Shown here one piece after another: positions 1 through 6,511 of a stretch of 12,414 nucleotides of DNA; the first letter of the stretch is position 1, and every line of letters begins with the position of its first letter. The notes under the pieces were generated by a model, which was not told where the DNA came from, made no database searches, and worked only from the letters and a program-made list of their open reading frames with translations. The DNA comes from Erysipelotrichaceae bacterium (lineage in GTDB: Bacteria; Bacillota_I; Bacilli_A; Erysipelotrichales; Coprobacillaceae). The stretch lies in contig JAQVDW010000040.1 of assembly GCA_028698185.1 (NCBI GenBank), positions 1-12,414 on the forward strand, in the 5' to 3' direction. The position numbers were made by a program, and so were the translations under genes.

Positions 1-156
1 CATGAATATGACCGGCAAAATCTGAGCCATCTCCATCAGGTAGTACGCACTGTTTCCCAAGGCCGTAAAGGCCATATCACTTTTAATAGCGAAAAGAAAG
101 ACATAGATACCGCTGATGAGGGCTGCCAGTTTGTTTTTCTTGATTATTGCTTTCAT
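1..156 (-). CDS. Membrane permease subunit, N-terminal fragment (the gene runs off the window start). It is the second gene of a two-ORF ArsP/DUF318-type permease pair.
   Basis: The minus-strand ATG at 156..154 opens a frame that stays open to position 1. It translates as MKAIIKKNKLAALISGIYVFLFAIKSDMAFTALGNSAYYLMEMAQILPVIFM, a basic N-terminus followed by a hydrophobic helix. The start overlaps the upstream stop as TAATG (1-nt overlap), which implies translational coupling with 156..638. This ORF is not in the supplied track because it is truncated. Confidence 0.5.
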   Translation of the reverse strand, partial: MKAIIKKNKLAALISGIYVFLFAIKSDMAFTALGNSAYYLMEMAQILPVIFM

Positions 157-638
157 TATAGAATCACCCCCATCAATATCGCTATCGAAATCGCCGCCCC
201 AAAACTCAATAAATTGCGGGCCACAGCGAACCTGGTGCCGAATTCCTTTTTCTCCAAAGGAAAGGTTACGACCCCAACCATCGTCAACGTCGTCAAAAAA
301 GCGACACCAGGCACGATGCTTGCACCGGCATCCACAAACGATCCGACCAAAGGGAATGCCACAAAGGCCGGAATCAAAGTTATGCTCCCAACGATAGCAG
401 CCACCAGCGTGGATAATGCCGTATTCCCCGACCCCAGGACATTTTCAATTGTCTGAGGGGGGATAACTGTGAGAACCAGTCCAATCATGAAGATTATTCC
501 AATGATATCTCCAATCATATTTTTCATCATGCCTCGCGATTTCACCATTGCCTCTTTTGATTTTTTCCTGTTTTTAACGATTGATAAAATAAACAATATT
601 CCGCCTACAACCCAAAACCCCATTGTAAATATATCCAT
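156..638 (-). CDS. Predicted permease subunit (ArsP_1/DUF318-like, multi-TM), first gene of a split two-component permease pair
   Basis: The 160-aa ORF is strongly hydrophobic, with 4-5 predicted TM segments. The segment GSITLIPAFVAFPLVGSFVDAGASIVPGVAFLTTLTMVG resembles the conserved loop-helix of DUF318/ArsP-type permeases. An AAGGAG site lies 7 nt upstream of the ATG at 638. Confidence 0.7.
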   Translation of the reverse strand: MDIFTMGFWVVGGILFILSIVKNRKKSKEAMVKSRGMMKNMIGDIIGIIFMIGLVLTVIPPQTIENVLGSGNTALSTLVAAIVGSITLIPAFVAFPLVGSFVDAGASIVPGVAFLTTLTMVGVVTFPLEKKEFGTRFAVARNLLSFGAAISIAILMGVIL

Positions 639-710
639 TATTTGTCTCCTTCCACATCTGATATATCATTTGACAGGGTCCATTTTACCGAAGATCATGA
701 TTTAAAAAAG

Positions 711-911
711 TCACATATGCGACTCTTCGCTTGAAATTCTTGTTTTTTCGTTTTTTTCGTGGCAAGTCGATCCGTTAACCCATATATTGCAAGGACCCAT
801 CAACTTACCAAACACTCGTATAAGATGCAATTTGAAGGATAGGCGGGATTTACTTAGATGACCAATGTGCCGGAATTGAGCCACAGTCGAGCCAATGTCG
901 CCATCGGACAC
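711..911 (-). pseudogene. Possible remnant or truncated ArsR/SmtB-like winged-HTH regulator
   Basis: The 66-aa ORF starts with GTG. STVAQFRHIGHLSKSRLSFKLHLIRVFGKL fits the ArsR recognition-helix pattern (L-S-x-S-x-x-S-x-x-L-x-x-L-x-x-x-G-L). The same frame stays open upstream to 1040 (109 codons) and contains a P-x-x-R-x-L..G segment where ArsR helix 2 would lie, but it has no ATG/GTG/TTG before 911. An ArsR gene next to ArsP-type permeases is a common arrangement. The call is weak and based on motifs only. Confidence 0.2.
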
Positions 912-1049
912 TTCATTAAGCCACCGGCTTTTCGGCGGAAGGCGCGAACAATAACTTTGTTTTGGTTCCGGAAAATCCCTGATGGAGATTGATTGCGAGA
1001 CGCCATGGCTAGTAGAGTATGATTCTCTTTCTAACCAATTTTACCAGTC

Positions 1050-1079
1050 AAAAAATAAAGGATGCCCAGCCGGACATGC
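1050..1079 (-). terminator. Candidate Rho-independent terminator of the macro/vWA transcription unit
   Basis: The minus strand reads AUGUCC-GGCU-GGGCAU, a 6-bp stem (one G.U pair) with a tetraloop, followed by CCUUUAUUUUUU. It lies about 190 nt downstream of the vWA stop. Confidence 0.4.
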
Positions 1080-1268
1080 CGCAACATAAACCTTTCTGGT
1101 ATCAATTCCATAGGGCTGATTACTTCATTGATTCAGTCAAATGTCATTTACAAATAACCTTTTGATTGGGCGTTGTACCAGGTGTCCGGTGCCTGGAGCG
1201 CCATAACACAATCTCCATCGAAAATATCTTGAGCCGAGTCGCGCGCCCAGGACTATTCGATGGTGCCC

Positions 1269-1922
1269 CTATCCATTTTTGCTCCGTTTCTTGAAATCCT
1301 CTTCAATCCGTTGCTTCCAGTGTTTATCGATCTTGGCGCTAGCTCGAAGATTGCTTACAGTTTCGCTGATGACCTGATAGTTGAGCATTGTCCCTTCACT
1401 ATCCGCGTTGTAATTGGTCGCCCGGTCACGGTTGATGCCAAAGCGTTCTGCGGTCTCAAGGGCGTCGATGTTCGCACCCAAGAAAATGAATTCCCAACCG
1501 TATTTTTCTTTTTCGGTTTCGATCATTTCCCTGATCTTCCTGTAGCCGTACTCCTTGCTGGCGTTTTCCATGCCATCGGTAGTGATCACAACCATCACAT
1601 GTTCAACCCGGAGATTTTCGGCATTATGCCTTTGGGCATTGGCGATGATGTTTATGGTCTTGCCGATGGCATCAAGCAGGGCAGTGCTCCCCCGGACATA
1701 ATAATCGTCCTGTGTGATGGGGGCGATGGATTTGAGGTTGATGCGATTATGAAGCAGCTCGAACCTGTCATCGAACAGGACTGTGGTCACCACAGCTTCC
1801 CCCGCTTCGCCTTTTTGTTTTTCCAACAGGGCATTGTACCCGCCAATCGTGTCACTTTCCAGCCCGCCCATTGAACCGCTGCGGTCCAGAATGAATACCA
1901 GTTCAGTCAATCCTTTTTTCAT
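1269..1922 (-). CDS. von Willebrand factor type A (vWA) domain protein with an intact MIDAS site (small TerY/YegL-like stand-alone vWA)
   Basis: The ORF is 217 aa. The MIDAS D-x-S-x-S motif is LDRSGSM, the Thr is in RGSTALLDAIG, and the Asp is in VVITTDGMENAS. A GGAGGA site lies 8 nt upstream of the ATG at 1922. Confidence 0.9.
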   Translation of the reverse strand: MKKGLTELVFILDRSGSMGGLESDTIGGYNALLEKQKGEAGEAVVTTVLFDDRFELLHNRINLKSIAPITQDDYYVRGSTALLDAIGKTINIIANAQRHNAENLRVEHVMVVITTDGMENASKEYGYRKIREMIETEKEKYGWEFIFLGANIDALETAERFGINRDRATNYNADSEGTMLNYQVISETVSNLRASAKIDKHWKQRIEEDFKKRSKNG

Positions 1923-1981
1923 AATGTTATCCTCCGTCTATATATTGTGACTTCATGATAACATCAGTAAAGATTGATCAG

Positions 1982-1998
1982 GTCGCCTTGCAGGCGAC
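1982..1998 (-). promoter_or_regulatory. Intercistronic stem-loop between the macro and vWA genes
   Basis: GTCGCCT-tgc-AGGCGAC is a perfect 7-bp GC-rich inverted repeat. It starts 9 nt after the macro-gene stop. No U-tract follows on the minus strand, so it is more likely an mRNA processing, stability or attenuation element than a full terminator. Confidence 0.35.
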
Positions 1999-2006
1999 AA
2001 ATGCAT

Positions 2007-3011
2007 CTAGACGCCCAGCAGGTTCTGATCGAAGGCGAAAAGAGCCTCGTTGATGGTAAAAATATTGTAATCACCCTGATCGATGAAGTATTCGATTATG
2101 ATATCGAACTTGCTGCTGCGGGACAGGGCGAAACCGGCTTTAAGCAGCAGTTCCCGGGTATCATCAAGATTCAACTCCAAAGCGATGGAAAACGCGATGG
2201 CCGTCCCCTTGCTTGGCTTGTAATTGACATCGTTGCGGATTTTAGAAAACAGCTTGCGGTCGATGTTGGCCTTCTTGTATGTCTGTGAATCGCTCAAGCC
2301 TTTTTCATCGATCAAACGCAGCAGCATCTGCGAAAACGTCTCATCGACATGGTTGACCAGGTCCTCGAGTTTCCTCTTCCCTTTCCTCGTCGTACTTTCC
2401 TCCAGAACCCTCTTGCTTTCCATATCCATCGCACTGTGATAGCGGACTTGCTCGAAATCCGGCCGGATATTGGAAATACGTTGCTCAGAGTAAACGTCGT
2501 CGATGTACTGGGAAATCGATTCGAAAAGGTTCTTGGACATCATGAAAGACGTCTTGTCATAGACGACAATGATGACCTTCATTTCATTGTGAAGCAGGAA
2601 TTGTTCGATCACTCCCATGGCGACCCGGAGGGCATCATCCTTAGGATAGCCATAGGCACCCGAAGATATCAACGGAAAGGCGATGCTTTCCAGTTCATGC
2701 TCCTTGGCCAGTTCCAGGGAATTGCGGTAGCAGTCTTCCAGCATTTTTTCTTCATTATGGCGCCCCCCGTGCCAGACCGGTCCAACCGTATGAATAACAT
2801 ATTTGGCCGGGAGGTTGTACCCTTTGGTTATTTTCGCCTGGCCGACCTGGCAGCCTCCCAGTGTTTTACATTCTTCTAACAGACCGGGTCCGGCCGACCG
2901 ATGGATCGCCCCATCAACCCCACCGCCGCCAAGGAGCGACTTGTTTGCCGCATTGACAATGGCATCGACCTTCACTTTGGTTATATCATCCCGGATTATT
3001 TCCAGTGGCAT
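2007..3011 (-). CDS. MacroD-type macro domain (ADP-ribose / O-acetyl-ADP-ribose hydrolase-like) fused through a linker to a C-terminal XRE-like HTH domain
   Basis: The N-terminal ~165 aa carry NAANKSLLGGGGVDGAIHRSAG and ISSGAYGYP, the MacroD catalytic N..GGVD and G-x-Y-G signatures. The C-terminal ~100 aa read LSDSQTYKKANIDRKLFSKIRNDVNYKPSKGTAIAFSIALELNLDDTRELL, an HTH_3/XRE pattern, followed by an extra helical tail. The true start is taken as the ATG at 3011 (MPLEII), with AGGGGG 6 nt upstream. The track start at 3029 is a TTG that lies inside the RBS. Confidence 0.9.
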   Translation of the reverse strand: MPLEIIRDDITKVKVDAIVNAANKSLLGGGGVDGAIHRSAGPGLLEECKTLGGCQVGQAKITKGYNLPAKYVIHTVGPVWHGGRHNEEKMLEDCYRNSLELAKEHELESIAFPLISSGAYGYPKDDALRVAMGVIEQFLLHNEMKVIIVVYDKTSFMMSKNLFESISQYIDDVYSEQRISNIRPDFEQVRYHSAMDMESKRVLEESTTRKGKRKLEDLVNHVDETFSQMLLRLIDEKGLSDSQTYKKANIDRKLFSKIRNDVNYKPSKGTAIAFSIALELNLDDTRELLLKAGFALSRSSKFDIIIEYFIDQGDYNIFTINEALFAFDQNLLGV

Positions 3012-3036
3012 GAAAATACCCCCTTTCAATTAACGT

Positions 3037-3045
3037 ATATTACCA
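3037..3045 (-). promoter_or_regulatory. Candidate extended -10 promoter element (TGgTAATAT) for the macro-HTH/vWA unit
   Basis: The minus strand reads TGGTAATAT about 26 nt upstream of the ATG at 3011. This would give a short leader containing the SD. No good -35 element is present, which is consistent with an extended -10 promoter. Confidence 0.3.
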
Positions 3046-3537
3046 TCTTATCACATCGATTGTTTTACTTCCATTCTACCATCGTATATTTACTCAATCG
3101 TGTGATGGCCATTAGTCAGACGTCATAACCGCTGATGGTAAAACCATGGATAAAAACGCCAATATTCCTGTGTCTTCGTTGCCATTTTGCATACCTGATC
3201 GCCCATTGCCGTGCTTCAGTTCTCTTGAAGACAATTGGGATTGGGGCCGACCTTATCCGACTTGATTTTATCAAAGCCTTTTTAAAACAAGAAATTTTCA
3301 ACTTTTTGGTTTATGTGGAAAGGAAAGACGAATATAATTATTGTGGTGCGATTCCTTTTCAGATTGGAAAAGACGAATCATAACAAGCGGATGAGTTATC
3401 ATTTAGCGGCCGTTCCTTACCAAACCCGACTCGAAAGTTCAATGGTTTTTCTTGAACATGGATTTTTAGAGTATCCCCGTGGTATTATCGTCACCAATTA
3501 TGGAAATTTTATAAATCGATAAAAGGAGGATTATTTT

Positions 3538-4919
3538 ATGAAAAAAAAGGATATTGCGGAATATCTCGACTTGCATGGCAACGAGATTTTTTCAGTCGCT
3601 CAGGAAGTTTATGACAATCCCGAAGTCTCAAAAGAAGAAGCAATGGCGGCCAAAAAGTTCAAAAAACTGCTGAGCGAAAACGGGTTTACCATCCATGAAT
3701 TAGAGGTGGATGGACTTGACCATGCCTTCTACGGGGAGTTTGGCTGCGGCCATCCGGTCGTGGCCTTGTTGGGTGAATATGATGCGCTCCCCGGTTTGTC
3801 TCAAGAAGGTGGCTGCAAGGAACGAAAAGCGATAAAAGAAGGGGCACCCGGTCATGCCTGCGGTCACAACCTGATTGCGCGGGGGCATTTGGCGGTGCGA
3901 TTGGAGCAAAGCACTATCTCGAACAAAGCGGCCTGTCAGGCACAATAAGATTCTATGGCTGTCCAAGGGAGGAATTGCTTGACGGTAAGGTTATCATGGC
4001 GAAACACAACGCTTTCGCCGGTTGCGATGTTGCAATCGCTTTCCATCCTTGGGACGCGAATATCCCGGTATACCAGGGCTTTCTTGCCTTGAACAACATG
4101 CGGTTTAACTTTACGGGCATTTCCTCACATGCCGGACAGGCACCCGAGCAGGGGCGCAGCGCGCTTGACGCGGTCGAGCTTGCCGATATGGGCGTGAACA
4201 TGTTACGGGAACATGTCATCAGTTCCGCAAGAATTCATTACATCATCACAAATGGCGGAGAAGCGCCAAACATTGTGCCAAAAGAGGCTGCTTCGTGGTA
4301 TTACGTAAGAGCCCCGCGGCGCAGCGATGTGGAAGACATCACAAATCGTGTCATCAATTGCCAAAAGGGAGCCGCCCTGATGACGGATACGACTCTTAGC
4401 TATGATATCGAAGGTGGCTGTTATGAGATCCTGCCCAATTCCGTGATGTTTGATCTGGCCAGAAAAAATTACGAAGAGATGGAAATGTGCAGTTACACGA
4501 AAGAGGAACAGAAACTCGCCCAGGCGCTCTCAACATCACTCCCACCAGACCAGGTGAGGCAGGCCCGTGAGAAGACCGGATTCTTAGATACCAACGCATA
4601 CATCCACAACGAAGTTGTTGCCACCGAAGCCGCCAAAGCCTACCCGATCACAGGTTCGTCCGATATTGGCGATGTTAGCTGGCTGATGCCTTTTAGCATG
4701 TTGCTCACAGCGGCGTGGCCAATCGGAGTAAACGCCCATACCTGGCAGTCCGCTTCGGCATCAGGAAGCCTTTTGGGGCAAAAAGGCATGCTGTACGCAG
4801 CGAAAATCATGGCGGGGATGTTTTACGATCTGGTCAAGGAACCGGAAATCCTTGAAAATGCGACCGCCGAATTCAGGATGCGCACCCAAGACAACCCGTA
4901 CGTCAGCCCGATAAAATGA
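3538..4919 (+). pseudogene. M20-family metallo-amidohydrolase (AbgB / p-aminobenzoyl-glutamate hydrolase subunit B-like), split by a 1-nt frameshift
   Basis: Track ORFs 3538..3948 and 3975..4919 are two halves of one M20 protein. Frame 1 reads ...APGHACGHNLIARG and then degenerates. From 3882 the -1 frame reads GAFGGAIGAKHYLEQSGLSGTIRFYGCPREELLDGKVIMAKHNAFAGCDVAIAFHP, the expected continuation. The switch occurs at the G5 run at 3881-3885; a G6 run would restore a single ORF of about 460 aa. A strong RBS (AAAGGAGGA) precedes 3538. Confidence 0.85.
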
Positions 4920-5090
4920 TGTGATTTCCAAACGGTATGGGGGTGATTGTCCCAGTACCCTGCCTCAATAATAATCTTGTCATGTTCTTCGGTTAGCTGT
5001 GGTCCGGTATGAATTGAAAAGGGACATATTGACACATTTTACAGAAAGGATAGATGTAATGTCTGTTCATTACATTTGGAATAATAATAT

Positions 5091-5699
5091 ATGGAATTGA
5101 TCTCGATTACGGAAATAATCGGAACCGTGGCTTTTGCGATGTCGGGCGCCCTTGTGGCGATCGATAAGGAACTCGACTATTATGGAATCGGATTTTTTGC
5201 GATAATAACTTCAATCGGCGGGGGCATCGTCCGGGACCTGCTGATAAACAAAAACCTTCCCAGTTCGCTCGCAAATCCGACTTATCTGATCATCAGCATA
5301 ATATCAGCCGCATTTGTGATAATGTTTTACACGAGGATCATCAGGCTATCGAAGATTCTCCAGATTTTCGATGCCATCGGACTTGGCGCCTTCACAGCCA
5401 TTGGAGCTCAGGTAGCTACCAGTAACGGCTGGGAGCAACCATTTGTCATCATTACGTTGGCGGTGCTCACCGGAACCGGGGGCGGGGTTCTACGGGACAT
5501 ATTCTCCCAGGAAATTCCCTTCGTATTCCGCAAGGAGATCTACGCGGTGGCCTCAATAGCCGGCGCAGTCGCATACATCCTAAGCTATCGAACGTTGGGA
5601 AACGAATTGGCCCGGTACATCTGCTTTGCCGTCACCACTATGATAAGACTGTTCAGTATTAAAAATAAAATTCACCTGAAAAAAGTGGCGAAATTATGA
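5091..5699 (+). CDS. UPF0126 / TRIC-type trimeric intracellular cation channel family membrane protein (YadS/YicG-like; Pfam 'glycine transporter' domain x2)
   Basis: The ORF is 202 aa with about 7 TM segments. The family signature is duplicated: IGGGIVRDLL and TGGGVLRDIF. The N-terminus IGTVAFAMSGAL is typical of the family. There is no clear SD upstream. Confidence 0.85.
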   Translation: MELISITEIIGTVAFAMSGALVAIDKELDYYGIGFFAIITSIGGGIVRDLLINKNLPSSLANPTYLIISIISAAFVIMFYTRIIRLSKILQIFDAIGLGAFTAIGAQVATSNGWEQPFVIITLAVLTGTGGGVLRDIFSQEIPFVFRKEIYAVASIAGAVAYILSYRTLGNELARYICFAVTTMIRLFSIKNKIHLKKVAKL

Positions 5700-5895
5700 T
5701 TTACGGATATCCAATCCGATTGCTCAGATATCAAGGTAATTACTGTCAGATGGGGGCGAGCACGCCGGGAGATTGATGACTCAATCCTGACCCCGGTGGA
5801 ACCCAACTCAGTCCCAGGTTATCAGCGGCAACGGATATTAAATAAATACCGAATGGCTTTTTGCCTGCCTGCCGGGTACGCAGAAAAAGGCAAAA

Positions 5896-5996
5896 AAAAG
5901 GAACGCTAGAATCTCTTTTAGTCGACGCAAACATAAAAAGCGTCATTTACTAAAGTGAGATCAGGACATATGCGTTCCTTTTAGTTTTATTTTTAG
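5896..5996. terminator. Long compound hairpin flanked by U-tracts on both strands: candidate bidirectional intrinsic terminator between convergent units
   Basis: The basal stem is AAAAGGAACGC (5896-5906) paired with GCGTTCCTTTT (5972-5982), 11 bp and perfect. Three nested stems follow: 5911-5915/5957-5961, 5916-5922/5949-5955 and 5924-5928/5940-5944. Together they give about 28 bp. The plus-strand 3' flank is AGUUUUAUUUUUAG. The minus-strand 3' flank is a U8 run (A8 at 5892-5899). The element sits between the TRIC gene (+) and the RSH / VOC-remnant unit (-). Confidence 0.5.
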
Positions 5997-6333
5997 CAAG
6001 CCCCGCCGCCACCAGACCAATGCGATTACGATAAAAACCCAATGGCAGCAATCGTAAAATCAGTGCGCCAATTTCCTGCCGCTATCTACCGTCAAGGGCG
6101 CTCCAGAAGATAGTCATTCCTGTTTTCCTTTCATAAATGACTTCGGCAACATACCCGGTGCCAAAAAGTGGAAAAATCATGTCTTAACTGCATAATCAAC
6201 CAGAATTCCGATTGCGGGTAGCGACACAATGAAAATCCTGAACCAGGCTTCATTATTCATCCTCATGCAACCGCCCCGCGTTCAGATTAATTTATTTAGA
6301 TCTCATCATGCCGGTATTTTTCCCGGTGCAATC

Positions 6334-6405
6334 TTAAATCTGGAAATCATCCACGGCTGTTGGATTGCTCACATAAACCATAACTTTTCCAAATTTGTCT
6401 ATCAT
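6334..6405 (-). pseudogene. N-terminal remnant of a VOC (glyoxalase/bleomycin-resistance/dioxygenase) family gene
   Basis: A GGAGG site lies 5 nt upstream of the ATG at 6405. The ORF is only 23 codons, MIDKFGKVMVYVSNPTAVDDFQI, which matches the beta1-alpha1 start of small VOC proteins (G-x-V-M-V-Y-V-x-x...A-V-x-F). The same frame then runs about 300 nt towards the terminator at 5982 but is interrupted by 7 stop codons. Confidence 0.3.
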
Positions 6406-6511
6406 TTATCGCCTCCATTAAATATCGGCTCACATCCAATGATACTGCAACTACAAACAAGCTTAAATAAACCATTTGCCAACGAAACTAGGGCACAAGT
6501 AAAATGAAATC

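Noticed and set aside
1260-1874. A 204-aa plus-strand ORF antisense to the vWA gene. Similar shadow ORFs are at 1974-2288, 2224-2439, 2349-2879, 2803-3033, 6545-6967, 7058-7369, 8712-9509, 9732-10055, 9892-10140 and 10993-11319.
   Set aside because: Each lies entirely opposite a gene with clear family motifs and a good RBS. The translations are low-complexity or unrecognisable and lack SD sites. These are typical antisense shadow ORFs.
3050-3106. An imperfect inverted repeat, ATCACAtCGATTG / CAATCGTGTGAT, upstream of the macro-HTH gene. It was considered as an autoregulatory operator.
   Set aside because: It is 12 bp with a 1-nt bulge and a 32-nt spacer. By rough count, about one such match is expected by chance in this window. 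It is worth testing only if the HTH is shown to bind this region.
3322-3378. A direct repeat, GGAAAGACGAAT / GGAAAAGACGAAT, 45 nt apart.
   Set aside because: The exact core is only 10 nt, and the chance expectation across the window is of order 0.5. There is no positional link to a promoter.
3116-3522. Three small ORFs in the macro/M20 divergent intergenic region: 3116-3301 (minus), 3135-3383 (plus) and 3313-3522 (plus).
   Set aside because: They overlap one another, have no SD, and one starts with TTG. The sequences are unrecognisable, and the 61-aa one is merely K/R-rich. I treat the region as promoter DNA or decayed DNA.
3871-3890. Programmed -1 ribosomal frameshift as the explanation for the split M20 gene.
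   Set aside because: The site CGGGGGC is not a canonical X XXY YYZ slippery heptamer, no downstream pseudoknot or stem is evident, and the M20/AbgB family is not known to use recoding. An indel or a homopolymer sequencing error is the simpler explanation.
4920-5090. A glycine riboswitch or other leader upstream of the UPF0126 ('glycine transporter' domain) gene. Also an AT-rich 8-bp hairpin (5054-5075) and a perfect TTGACA (5029-5034).
   Set aside because: The conserved glycine-riboswitch core (GGAGAG...CACCGAAGGGGCAA-type segments) is absent. The hairpin is weak (AT-rich) and has no U-tract. The TTGACA has no acceptable -10 at 16-18 nt. Nothing is callable with confidence.
5746-6507. ORFs 5746-5946 (minus, 66 aa) and 6229-6507 (plus, 92 aa).
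   Set aside because: The first runs through the terminator-like hairpin and its poly-A/T flanks. The second is antisense to the VOC-like remnant and has no RBS. Neither resembles any protein family.
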